From NCBI GenBank assembly GCA_964016885.1, contig OZ024740.1, positions 199,702,001 through 199,766,000 of the forward strand: DNA of 64,000 bases. Direction: 5' to 3'. The notes under the pieces are model-generated. The model ran no database searches, had not been told where the DNA came from, and worked only from the letters and a program-made list of their open reading frames with translations. This DNA is from Eledone cirrhosa. Its lineage: Eukaryota. The translations under genes were made by a program, and so were the position numbers. This document shows, one piece after another, positions 1 through 12,616 of the stretch (position 1 is the stretch's first letter; every line of letters starts with the position of its first letter).

Positions 1-53
<53 letters not shown>

Positions 54-946
54 GGTATAGAAATAGAAAATACATATGTGTACAATTTGTAAAATAATCT
101 ATAATGTCAGGGCAATATCTGCTTCCTTTTTGTAATTATTTCTATATATAGCCTCTATGAATTAGTGGTATGTATGCTCTGTTCTACAATACGGTGTATC
201 TTACATTTACATTGAGGTAAATTACCTTTCTTATCTAAGCCACACCGAGAAAGTTATGTCTCGTAATTGCTTGTTACCTCTATGCAACGCACTGATGTAT
301 ATATATAGAGAGAGAGAAAGAGACAGATATAGTTGCATATGTGTGTCTGTGTTTTGTGTCTGTTTATCTGGGTCTGTGTGTATGTGTGTGTGTATATATC
401 TGTTTCAGTTATCAATGACTATCGATAAGTTATGTTTTGGGTATCTATTTCTTCTGTTTTTTCTGCTCTTATTCTCTTTATTCCATTTTGTCTTTCTCTC
501 ATACAGGACGAAGAACAAACACCTATTGGTGAGGTCACAGAATGTGTGATAAAAGAGCTGTGACAAAATAATCAATAATCACTAACTAATAATAATAATA
601 AGTCTGTTTAAATGGCAAAAGTGGCAATCTTTTCCTATTTACCTTCTGAGAGCGTCGTGGAGGGAGATTTCCTGAAACACTTCTTCCAGCGGTTCCTGCC
701 AAAAGCAACCAGCTCCAACTGATCCGGCTGGATAGCCAAACGAAAACAGTCAATCTAATGGATGTTATCCAACAATCTTGTGCAGGGTCTAACCCTTGGT
801 CTCGTAAAATCTTTCCAGCGATTATTTCCTAATACATTCTAACAACATGCCCATGATATCAGAGCTGTGATCTCTCAATTCGGAGAAATAGCAGCTCTAC
901 CCAGGGTGACTCTCTGATCTCCGAGCCACACACTTTATCGAGTAAC

Positions 947-978
<32 letters not shown>

Positions 979-1136
979 ATTAATAAATCAGTACTCCAAT
1001 GTTACTAGGTAGTCGCATTGGATGGAGTCAACCGACGTCGGAGATTGCTCAACGTATAATAAAATATGCTTTAAAATCCGGAGAAAATATAAAGAAGAAG
1101 TTTATGAAACAGAAATGCGGGTATAAAGAATATATT

Positions 1137-1253
1137 AGGTAACAATTGTTTCTATAGTGTGTGGGTTACCTATACCTCGCTATTTGTATAACATAAACAT
1201 ATTATCATAAATCATAGGTACACTGTAAGAGAACACACCATGTCGTCAGACCT
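1137..1253 (-). ncRNA. Type I hammerhead ribozyme motif with 90-nt helix II
   Basis: Minus strand: AGGT-CTGACGA-catggtgtgt...acacactata-GAAA-CAATTG-TT-ACCT. Helix I AGGT/ACCT; palindromic helix III. Confidence 0.8.
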
Positions 1254-1739
1254 TTATGGTGGAATGATAGGAAAATATTTTATACACTAGATACGAGAGA
1301 AAGTAGGAGGTAGGAAGAGAAGAGGAATAGGGAAGTGAGTAAGGGGTAGGGAGACTTAGAATTCAAGACTGTCAGAGTAGTAGAGATTGTATAGAAGAAA
1401 ATGTTTTGGCAGCAGTTAGCCAAATGAGGCGTATTAGGGTTGGCGGGGGAATAAATTCTTCCAGTGGTGTTGTTTGGGCAAAATTTAGTTAAAGGGGTCA
1501 ATTTAGTACAGAATTACAGACAAGTTATTGGGGCTATTATAGTAGCAGGACATTTCTAAAGGGGTCTAAAAAACAGTGTTTAGTGCTGTTATTATAAAAA
1601 GCCATATCCTGTGTATAAACATATAAAAATATGAAATAAAAATAAAAATAAAAATTTGCAAATAATGGTGTAAAAAGATAACATTACATGCATTTAAAAA
1701 AAGAAAAAGTCGTTTTTAAACGATGGTTACAGTAAAGTG

Positions 1740-3438
1740 AACGTTCAATTTTGCTGTTCAAAAGTTTGTTTTCCGACGTTAGAATGCAGTATATCTCCAT
1801 ATTGCATAATTTACAAAATCATTGATTTTGCTTATATGCTGGCGCAACAGCAATAATTTGCCATTCAAGGGAGAATGCTTGATTGTTCTTCCGAAGCTGC
1901 CAGGCTTTGTCGGCGAGGGTTGTTACGGAGCGCATTTTCTCATGCTTGATCGAAGATCGATGTTGGTATAGGCGAGCTTTGAAAGATGTTGCGGTACATC
2001 CGACGTAATACCATTTGTTGGTCCGGAATTTATTGTACATCGGTAGACAATATTGCGTGCTAGGCATTGGTTATTCAATGGGCCCGAACCTGGTTTAGTG
2101 CAGTTACAGTTATTTTTATGTTTTGCAGTAGTATCCTGGATAGTTTGGTGGGGTTGTACCTGCGTGTTAGTGCGTTGAATGTCGCTATGCTGGTACGCTC
2201 TGTCATTAAGGATGCACTTATTTAGTATTGTTGAGTTGAGTTTTTTAATTAGTTGTTCTATGTTAGGTGCAGTGGAGTATGAGAGTCTAATGGTGCGCGA
2301 GTTTAAAATTTTATAGTATTTATGTGAAGTTGTAAAGTGTTTATTGATCAGTGTATAGAATTGTGAGATAATCTTAGTGCTAATAGAAATATTGTACATG
2401 GGGTTATACCATATGTACTCTCTACGTCTAATTCTATTTGTTGGTTTGCACCTATTATTATGCCTATTAATATGTCTGTGCGGTGCAATACTAGTTCGAC
2501 TTAGATGTGATTTATTCATAGTATCTATGTGGTTATCTTCTAGATATTCTATTTTCTCGCAGTAACCAGCTTTTCTAAGTGCGTCGTTATAATACTCAGC
2601 ATGCTCGTTGAAGGTCTGCAAATTAGACGATAGTCGGGAGATCCTTATGGATATATTTTTAGGGATAGATTTAATAATGGAATGGGTGTGGTTCGATCTT
2701 ACATTAACGTACTTGAGATTTTCATTAAGTTTGTGAAATGGCTTTATATTACCGTTATTAAGGTTGAAGGTGACATCCAAGAAGTTGACCACCTTAAGAT
2801 TGTGTTCGAAGGTAATTCTAAGCCCTAGTTCCAAGAAAAGTTTCCTAATGTTTTTACGTCGCCTTTCTAGGTTTTGTTTGTTCATATTTTTGACTAATAG
2901 GAGTGCATCATCACGGTACATTCCACCGTGGAGTTCAATAAATTCGCTCTGGAGTCTGTGAGCTATATAGATTCCAACCAAATCTGTAACTTCCGCCGAA
3001 TCATTAGGAACCCATCGTAATGTCAAATTCCGAGGGTCTATCTCTGCGGACCCAATAACTATTTTCAAAATGGACTCCTGTACGACTAGCTTCAAGTATA
3101 ATATTAATATCCTCGTTTGTGAGGTCCGAGTTGGCCTTAGCGAATGAGAGGGCCTTATGCAGAGTTTCAGGTGAAATAGAGGAATAGTATTCATATATAT
3201 CGAATTGAATAAAAGAAGATTTGTTTTTGTCACTGATGTTATTGAACCAACTTATTGCCTGTTGTGTATTACCCCATAATTTAATATCTACCTTAGCCTT
3301 AACTTGGGGGATAATACGATCTAATATATACTTACTGATTCTACCTATATCAGATTTTGAAAGACATATTAATCTAATTTTAGGGTTAGTATCGAAGTTA
3401 GCCTTATGGTCCTTCAAATTAAAAGTCGGTGTGGCCAT
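1740..3438 (-). pseudogene. PLE reverse transcriptase + GIY-YIG endonuclease, frameshifted
   Basis: LKDHKANF..IRLI..KSDIG; IQFDI.EYYSSI; FDITMGS; GGMYRDDALL; VNFLDVTFNL; CNC..P..NQCL..NIVYRC; YYVG.TATSFKARLYQH; frameshifts near 3004 and 2030. Confidence 0.92.
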
Positions 3439-3705
3439 TTCACAAACTTAATGAAAATCTCAAGTACGTTAATGTAAGATCGAATCACCCCCATTCCATT
3501 ATTAAATCTATCCCTAAAAATATATCCATAAGGATCTCCCGACTATCGTCTAATTTGCAGACCTTCAACGAGCATGCTGAGTATTATAACGACGCACTTA
3601 GAAAAGCTGGTTACTGCGAGAAAATAGAATATCTAGAAGATAACCACATAGTTACTATGAATAAATCACATCTAAGTCGAACTAGTATTGCACCACACAT
3701 ACATA

Positions 3706-4826
3706 CACACATGCATCTTTAGGTCTTTAGACTTGTGATGAACTTATATTGACATAATCCTCCTTAGTATATGGGCAGTTCCCATTAGTACTATCTTTTG
3801 CATTTCTCCTATACGCGGGTTTCATGGGATTTGCGATAAGTAATCAATAGACCCCTTAGGTATCTTTCCTAGAGCGCCTACAACCACTAGTATTGTTTTA
3901 GTTCTCAACTTCCACATGTTTCCAATTTCCATCTCTAGGTCCTTATACTTGCTCAATCTTTCAAATGTTTTTATAGATACATTCTTATCTATTGGAACGG
4001 ACATATCAATTAGCAGGCATACCCTCTTTTTAAAGTCCTTCAGTATTATATCAGATCTATTTGCATCTATTTTTCGGTCTGTTTGGATGCTAAAGTTCCC
4101 CAAGATTGAGATGTGATCTTTTTCAAGTATGGGATGTGGTTGATGCTCCCAACAATTCTTTTGATGGGGCAAGTCAAAATCCTTACACATTATCCGATGT
4201 ATGTATTGTGCAGCTCTGTCGTGACTGTTTAGGTATTCGGTTGGTGCTATATGACTGCACATTGAAATTATATAATCAATGGTCTCTGGCTGTTTTTTAC
4301 ATACATGGCATAATGGGTTGCATCCATTTTTTATTATGTTTTCTTGAACATTTTTTGTTGGCAGACACTGATCTTGTGCTGATATAATCCGTCCTTCAGT
4401 CTCCGATTTCAGTCCAGAGGATGCCAGCCACTGATGGGTTAAAGTTTTGTCAACATCAGGATTGTTAGTTCTTTCTAGGTATTTTCCATACAGAGGCGGT
4501 TCTTGCCATTTCTTAGCGGCTCTTTCTTTGGAGTTACTTTTACCTGCTTTGCTTTTTCAGTGTCTTTCATTTCAGCAGTATATGGAAATTTTGAAATTTG
4601 TAGTTCATTACTGTATCTTTGTGCATCTTTTGTAATGGAATATGATCTTTTGATGCTTTCATGTTTCAAAACGAGTTTGAAAATCCAATTATGTAATTCC
4701 CTTAGATATGTAGATCTGAATTAGTGTGAAGCATTCTGTGCATGGTTAAGAATGTTCTAATTTTTTTTATCGAGCCTACGGATCTCTCTGCTTGACTAGT
4801 TGATGACATTGAAACTGATGTCGCAA
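3706..4826 (-). mobile_element. R4/Dong-clade non-LTR retrotransposon 3' fragment (RT thumb + restriction-like endonuclease), decayed
   Basis: SFNVIN*..LDKKIRTFLTMHRML; IAPTEYLNSHDRAAQYIH; ANRSDIILKD..CLLIDMSVP.DKNV..K..E..SKYKDL..EI..MWKL...VVVGALG; GTAHILRR near the C-terminus. Confidence 0.85.
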
Positions 4827-4979
4827 CAGCGACAACAAAAGTACAGATAACAGAAAAAAAAGACAACAAATGCAATAACGATATTAACACCACTAACAAG
4901 AAAATAAACAACGACAACACCAACAGCAACAATACAAATTGCACCGAAAACAACAAAAAAGGTGGCACCAAAAAGATAA

Positions 4980-6295
4980 TCAACTACACCAGTGATAAAA
5001 GCAACAGCACCAACAACACCGTTTGTAGCAGTAGCAAAGGCAACAACAACAAGACCAGTAGCAGCAGTAGTGGCAGCAATAATGGTGCCGCTGAAAAAGA
5101 GGCCACTTCTTTCGCAGGTGTGGCCCGAAATATAGAGACAGTGCTAGTCACGGAGGAGGAGATGGCAGTCGCAAGAGCCATGGTGTCGAGAAACAACAAT
5201 AGAGTTTCCCTGAAACCTCCACCAAATTTCTTCAAAGACCATCAGCTACGCACGGTGATTTTCCGCACCATAAGCAAAATATCACATCGGGTGGAGAGAG
5301 AGCCACGGAGACTCAAATTCAAAAGGCCTTGGGGTGCGTCTGGGCGCGCAAAACCCACTTCACCCGAGGCAAAATGTACGGCACAGTAGACGTACTTTTC
5401 GCCACCCGGAAAGTGGCGAAGTCTCACACTTTGGAAACCCTAAAGAGTGAGGACATAGTCTTGGTGCCCTCCTACTGCGAGCAGAAAATTGTGAGGGTCA
5501 AAGTGACCCATGTTCCGCCCGACGTGCCCATACCTTGGCTGGCCGCGTCTGTACCGGCTGGAATGAAGGAGAAGACCACCATACTGCAAATACAGAGAAT
5601 AGGAAGAGAGAACTGGTCAGGAATAAGTAGGCAAATGCTAATACACATTGACCAGGCGTGCATCGAGGCTATCCCAGACATCATAGACCTTGAAGAAGAG
5701 CTTCAGCTCCCTATAAGCGTAGAAGGAAGGTGCCCAAAGTGCTATCTCTGTGGGCAGAAGGGTCACCTCATCGCATTCTACCCGCAGAAGACAGCCAAGA
5801 AGAGGCCTGCCGTCCTTCCGACGCCTGATCTTCTGCTACCAAGAGTAGGGCAGGCAACAGAGGCAGAAGACCCTTCCATGGTGAGTAGGAGGGCAACGTC
5901 TGTGGCACAGATACGAAGGCCACGGACAACTAAAGAAGCGGCAGTAGTGGCGGCAACGACAACAGTCGCAGTAGCTACACCGGCTGTAAAATCGCCGGAG
6001 CGGACTCCACTACCACCACAACCAGCAGTGGAGCTCATACCCCTCCCGGACGCCGCGTGGTCGGATATGGATTGTGAGGCGGGATGGAAGTGGCAAACGG
6101 TCTGCAGCAAAAAAAGAAAAAAAGAAAAAAAACCCTTAGCTTCACCCTCCAAAAGCGAAGGCAGACAAAGAGGGGTAAAGGCTGCAAGGAGACTTGCAGC
6201 AATAACACCACCATCATCATCACCACCAACAACAAACTCACCGCCACCAGCATCACAAAAAACATCAACATCGCAAACACAACAAAACGGCGGCT
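4980..6295 (+). pseudogene. Tx1-type ORF1 (gag-like nucleic-acid binding protein), frameshifted
   Basis: Ser/Asn-rich N-terminus, SFAGVARN, EGRCPKCYLCGQKGHL knuckle, W.TV.SKKRKK basic motif, Pro/Thr-rich tail. Confidence 0.75.
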
Positions 6296-7031
6296 ACGAT
6301 GTATACGCATCTCCCAGCAGTCCAGGATCGGGGGAAGGGGTTGCCGTGCTTTTTCGGAGAGGCTTGGATCTCGCCATACGGGCCATATTCCTGGACCCAG
6401 AAGGTAAATCGGAGGCGCAGCGTGGTAATAAAACCACAATTCGGTCTTTGGCGGACCGAGACGGACAGGAGATAAGCGATTCCGAGCGGATGTGTGAGGC
6501 CTTGAGCCAGCACTTTGCTCGGTTGTTCAGAGAGAGTGGCGAGTCATAGAGAGTAACGGATTTCAGTCCCTACCTTGACGGCTTGCCGCGCATCTCGACG
6601 GTCGACGCTGAGCGCTGCAAAAGGCCGATTACTTCAGCCGAAATTCAGGACGCCCTTGTCGGCTGCATGAGGCGCATGTCACTCAGTTGGATGGCCTTCC
6701 CTACGAGCTTTACGGAAATATGCTAGACTTGTTCTCCGATCTCCTCGAAGCACTCTACTGCAACTGGCAGCAGAATGGGAGTATTCTCAGTTCTATGAGC
6801 ATGTGAGTAGTGACACTGATAAGGAAATACGAGAACAAAAGGGACACATTTGATAACTTCAGGCCCATAACCCTGCTCAACACAGAGTTTAAGATTTTGA
6901 CCAAGGTGTTAGCAAAGAGATTGGCGCTTGTCGTCGAGGATTTGGTTGGGGAGGCGCAAACTTGAGCAATCCCAGCCATCCATACACGACAATCTACACC
7001 TCATGCTATCATAGAGAGGGTAGGGTGTAAG

Positions 7032-10000
7032 GTGGATGCATCTCCCAGCCGTCCAGGATCGGAGGGAGCGGTTGCCGTCCTTTTTCGGAGAGGCTTGGAT
7101 CTCGCCATACGGGCCATCTTCCTAGACCCAGAAGGTAAGTCGGTGGTGCTGGACGTGACCGGCAGCAAAGGTAAGGCTTTCAGTCTAGTAGCCGTCTACG
7201 CCCCCACAGGGACAGGACGGCCAGATTTCTTCAGACGTCTAGAGACCTTTCTTGGAACGTCACGCTCTTTAGTGTTAGTGGACGACTGGAACGGTATCTT
7301 GGATGCACGCTGGGATTGTGTGGAGCTAGTGGATAGGGGGGGGGGGGTGCAAGAGCCTCACCAACCTGCTCAGACGTTGTGAACTCTCTGACGGGTATCG
7401 ACTGGATCACCCGAATGTGCCAATGTGGACATGGACAAACCGCATCGCTTCATCCAGATCGTATCTCGATAGGCTATTCTGCAGAGAACTAAATAAGGCT
7501 AGTATAAGTTGTCCACAATTTAAAATATTCGATTACACAGACCACAAATGTGTTCTGTGAGATCGACATAGACAGACTTCATAGAGAAGGGCCTGGTTAC
7601 TGGAAGCTGAACGCGTCTTTCCCGGCGCGCAAAGCCTACAGAGACCGGATTAGCGTATTAGTTAAGCGGGCATTGACGGGAGCGGTCGTCAACAACAGGT
7701 GGTGGTTCGCCCTGAAAAGCGCAATTAAAGTAGAGTCGATTAGGTTTAGCAAAGGAGTAGTGATAGAGGAAAATAGAGTAGAGGGAGAGCTAGTCAGAAA
7801 GCTAGAAGAGGCGTTTAGGACAGGCATCGCAACCGACGTGCTTGCGGCGAGATTGGCACTCGACCAATTCATCAACGCAAAACACGAAGGCTGCGTTGTC
7901 AGAGCTAGAGCGCGTGTTCTGAAACACGAGGGGACAAAAGCCGTCCAATGGTCCCGTGTGGCAGAGGCGCGACGTGGCAACAAAGCCACAATTCGGTCTT
8001 TGGCTTACCAAAACGGGTGCGTGATGCTCGAAGCCGAGCGGATGTGTGAAGCTTTTCAGCAGCACTTTGCTGAACTGTTCGGGAGCAGCGGCGGCCCGGA
8101 TCGGGGCATGGATTTCAGTGCATACTTCGACGGACTACCTCGGCTCTCGACAACCGCAGCACAGTGTTCACGAAAAGCCAATAACAGCCGGTGAAATACG
8201 GGAAGCGATGGCTAACTGCACGAGGGGTAAATCGCCAGGTTTAGATGGTCTGCCCTACGAGCTTTATGCATTTATGCCAGACTTATTCGGTGACCTCTTG
8301 GCAGACGTCTACTGCAACTGGCAGCAGAACGGGAGCATTCGCAGTGTTGTGAGCCAAGATTTTAGCCAAGATGTTAGCAACGAGGTTGGCGCTTGTCGTC
8401 AAGTGTCTGGTGGGAGGGGCACAGACATGCGCCATTCCGGACAGATCCATAGACGACAACCTCCACCACATGCGATACATCATAGAGAGGGTGGTTAAGG
8501 AACCTGGCACGGTTTGGCCCTGATCAACTTGGTTCAATCAAAAGCATTCGATAGGGTCGACCATCGGTATCTGGCGGCGGTCCTCGAGGCAACCGGTTTC
8601 GGGCCCGTTTTCAGTGGTTGGATCCCAGCGACGTACAGCGACATCTGCTCAGTTGTGAGGGTGAACAGTCACCTGTCGCAGCCGTTCAGCATCATGCGCT
8701 CAGTCCACCAGGGTTGTCCCCTCTCGCCCCTCTTATACGTATTGGCTATCGAACCGTTACTTCACAAACTGGGAGCGATGAGGAGCATCCCACGTGAACT
8801 AGAATGCGGGAAATCCGAGTCGGCTTACGCTGACGACGTCACCGTGGTGGTGTCGAGCACCATACACGTCCAGATGCTCGGCACCGCTCTCAAGGAATAC
8901 GAAGCGGTGATAGGAACAAAGATAAACCAGGAAAAGTCGGTGGGCTTGCAGCTCGGCACCTGGAGAGGCAAGACCATGCCGTCCGACATCGTTGTGGGGC
9001 GTTGGACGGACGGACCGGTTAAATTGCTCGGGGTCTGGTTCGGACCCGACCTCCAGATGGAGAAAAACTGGAAGAAGGTGACGAGCAAGGTGGCCTCCCT
9101 CACCCAGAAATGGGCCGAGAGGAAGCTGTCCCTGAAAGGCCAGGCGGGGGTGGCGAATGCGTACATCGCATCCGTCATCTGCTACCGCGTCACCGTCGTC
9201 CCTTGCTCCGGCCCAGCTCTCACCAAAAGGGAGCGCCTCCTCTTCCGCTTTTTGTGGAAGGAACGTGCCCCCATGGTCAGACGATCCATCTGCTGTCAAC
9301 ACCCGTTGCGTGGAGGACTGGGCATGCCATGGCTGATGATGCGCAAACATGTGCTGAGGCGGCGACATCTCTGGTGCTTCCTTGACGGTGAACAGGTGTG
9401 GTCGCCGTTCTCCAGGCACGTTTTCCCACATCTCGTCTCATTGACGGGGCTGCATTCCTGGGTCAGAAAAAGACCGAGAGATAGCGCTTTGAAACTGGAA
9501 TGTCTCCAGGCGCTCAGCGCCCTCAGCTAGCTGGTCACCAGAATCGGTGGAACATCCACCTAGGCGTTCTATAGAGGACTAGTGGAGGGGAAGAGCGACG
9601 ATGTTCTCGGAGACATCCTGGGCGTCGAAGAAGATCAGCTGTTCGCTCTCTTCCGGAGAACTTTCAGCCCAGAGCCTATGGACAACTTCCAAAAATCCCT
9701 GGCCTAGCAGTGCTACCGGGGAGCGCTGCCGGTTCAAGATAAGCTCTACAGGCACGGAAGTGCCGTCAGCCCAGCCTGTCCGAGATGCGCGCAGAGCGAC
9801 GAAAGCATCGTGCATGCACTCGTTCAGTGCCCGAGCATTGCTGACTTGTGGAACCATGTGGAACAGTTGCTGTCGCGTATAGGACTGATCCGGTTATCAA
9901 CTGAGTCCATTGTGCAGATGGTCCCGCCGTCTTCCTTCGATGAGGAAGGGCAGCCGATGTACATCTGCCTAGTGGCCATGGCGAAAGAGATTGTGTGGTG

Positions 10001-10190
10001 GACAAGGTTGAAAGAGTTAAAGACAGACACTTTCCTCTTCGGCGAATCCCTAATTAACTTTTTCAAGTTTCACTTGAAGAGGAACATCCGGGTGGAGAGG
10101 CAATGCTGCCTTCTAGCAAGTTTGTTGAAAGGTGGGTGAATGTAGCGAGAATGGTCCGAGTCAACGGGACCGCTCTGAATATACGTCTGT
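7032..10190 (+). pseudogene. Tx1-type ORF2 (APE endonuclease + RT + C-terminal Zn motif), multiple stops and frameshifts
   Basis: VAVYAP, DWNGIL, SYLDR, TDH, GPGYWKLN, KSPGLDGLPYE, KAFDRVDH, QGCPLSP, YADD, KLLGVWF, GGLGMP. Confidence 0.92.
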
Positions 10191-11481
10191 AGTTTGAGAA
10201 ATGGAAAAATTGAGAGGGCGCTTGCCCTGGTGGTCAGGGTGGACGTGGTCTTTTGTGTGGTTTTCGCCACGAGTAACCCTGGGAGGTTTCCCCCCTATTG
10301 GGGAATTTTTCTTTGTTTCAATTTTCATTTTCATTGTGTATATATATATGTTTCTACGTCCTTTTTTTCTTTTCTTATATACATAATAAAAATATTTACA
10401 CGCACAAAACCCACATCATACCGTCCTGTACCGTCCTGTGTCGTCTGTAATGTTTTTCTTGATATCAGCCCTTGTGGCCAATAAAGACATCATTATCATT
10501 ATTATTATTTTTATTATTATTATTATTATTATTTTGCAATTTTTTTACTTACTTTTTCACCTTTTTTTTTAATGATGTGCATTATAATTCGTATTTAAAA
10601 TATGTATCATTTCCCAGAAAATAGACTTCCAATGTTTTTATAAATACGAAATTACATTGTATATCAATATGAAATATTATTAAAGCAGATAAAATGGAAA
10701 TGATGTTTATAACAAAAACAAAATGCACAAGAATGTACGAATATTTATTATCAATGGAAATGTTTGCTGAATCAAAAGACGGAGATAAATTTAATAGGCA
10801 ATTGTATATAGATATGGAAACAATGTTGTTTGGGATATATATATATATATATTCATGAATATATGTTAGCCATTGTATCAGTATAACTGTATACACAAAC
10901 ACACACACAATGACACATTCAGACACACATACACATAAACACATCCCGTGCTTCTAGTGATATCGCATGCTTTCATCTTTATAAGAATGAAACATGTTCT
11001 CAAAATGACTATAGACCTCGTTTGCTTATTTATGAATTTATTTATGAATCGTATAGACATATATTTATGTTGCCGTCTATACATGTGCACATACGCAGAG
11101 ATAGGGAGAGAGAGAGGTAGATGGAGATGGAGAGAATTATGTAGATGGTGAGGGAGGGACAGAGATAGAGAGACAGTCCGACACAGAGTCAGTAAGAGAT
11201 ATCAGAATGAATTACTAAACAGGAAAGATTCATATACTAAACAGAATGAATTAAGAGGAAAGATTCAACCTATCGAGTTAATTCAAATTGCCTGTATGAT
11301 CGAGTACATAGTAAATCTATATTTTCGTAATTTAATATCTCTGGGATACCTATGATAAGATAATAGACACGAAGCCTTCTTCACATTTACCGCATTGAAC
11401 ATTCTGACGAATGTACTGAACTACACTTGAAACTGTTGATTGCATTGTACATCCTCTATTCAAATCAAAATAATAAAACAC

Positions 11482-11803
11482 TTTAGTGAAAAGTGATTTT
11501 CGTAGTTGTTTCCTCTAGATTAACTCGCATACGATTAAATATGGCCATGCACAGATATAATGAAAGATCAAAGCCAATCGGATACGCGCAAGAAACCACA
11601 TCATCAGCAAATTCATGTGGATTAACTCAAATGTCGGTATAAGTTTGGAAGCTGATCCCACTGCGCGAGTACATATCAGGAATTACTCCTAGAGGTTACT
11701 GTGCAAGACAAAACGACATCACAAGATATTTTAATAAGTGTCCGGTCGAAGTGTTACTTACTGCATACCTAGAGGAGAACAACTGAAAACTATTTCGACT
11801 AAA
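11482..11803. mobile_element. Putative MITE with imperfect ~38-bp TIRs
   Basis: TTTAGTGAAAAGTGATTTTCGTAGTTGTTTCCTCTAG versus the reverse complement of CTAGAGGAGAACAACTGAAAACTATTTCGACTAAA; no coding capacity. Confidence 0.5.
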
Positions 11804-12091
11804 ATAAAATAAAATAATTGATTGTGGTAGACATTTGTGCAAAACAAATATGTGAGAAATGAGAAAAAACGAAACAAGGTTGAATATGGTTCCTCAACAG
11901 AAAGAGTAAAATTACTAAGGTGCCTCAGGCTATGGTGAAATTATGTCATAAGATGATCTTGACAAAGCGAGATTCAGGTAAAGTTGAAAATAATAGTAGG
12001 GGAAAAGAGTGTCGCATTCTGGGAAGGAGTGAGATTGAGAGTAAAATATAATATAATATGAGATAATGAAATATATAAATATATATATATA

Positions 12092-12292
12092 CAGGGTGGC
12101 CCAAAAGTCCCAAGGCGTTCTAGTTTTTATTAACTTCCTGAATTGTACAGATTAATGTATGAAATGTTGATACAACTTAAAGGACATAATGGAAATTATT
12201 TTGAACTCGTCAATCCTGGTCACATCGCTAGATTACTTATGAAAAAATATTATGAACAGTTGCAACCCCTGTGTGACTTTTGGACCAAGCTG
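12092..12292. mobile_element. Tc1/mariner-type MITE
   Basis: TA|CAGGGTGGCCCAAAAGTC ... GACTTTTGGACCAAGCTG|TA: about 18-bp TIRs with a TA target duplication. Confidence 0.75.
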
Positions 12293-12293
12293 T

Positions 12294-12330
<37 letters not shown>

Positions 12331-12561
12331 AACATAATCGTACCACAGATGATATCACAGTTGTGGGATGAAAGAACTATGATAGACTATTTATTATATA
12401 TTTATATCTATATTTTTAGGAGTTGGTCAATCAATGATAAACATTGATTGCCACATAATTAGCTATAGAGACATAAATGATACAGAAGCGGAAACCAGAC
12501 AGTGAGTGTGATTTGTTATTACTTTTGACAATATTATAACAATATGACCCTCCCCAAATGT

Positions 12562-12612
<51 letters not shown>

Positions 12613-12616
<4 letters not shown>

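Larger units (their letters stand above)
978..3705 (-). mobile_element. Penelope-like retroelement (Hydra-type), 5'-truncated, with an inverted internal duplication at its 5' side
   Basis: RT and GIY-YIG frames on the - strand (1819-3438); 3' UTR/pLTR with HHR at 1137-1253; 3' end abuts (TA)n(GA)n at 946-977; 3433-3705 is the reverse complement of about 2471-2743. Confidence 0.92.
4827..10533 (+). mobile_element. L1/Tx1-clade LINE, internally rearranged, with 3' UTR, AATAAA and (ATT)n tail
   Basis: ORF1-like region with zinc knuckle; APE endonuclease, RT (QGCPLSPLLY, YADDVT) and C-terminal Cys/His (CPRC..HALVQC); AATAAA at about 10480; (ATT)n at 10492-10533. Confidence 0.93.

Noticed and set aside
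8799-9431. 210-aa antisense ORF in the Tx1 RT
   Set aside because: Expected shadow ORF opposite a GC-rich coding frame; no motifs.
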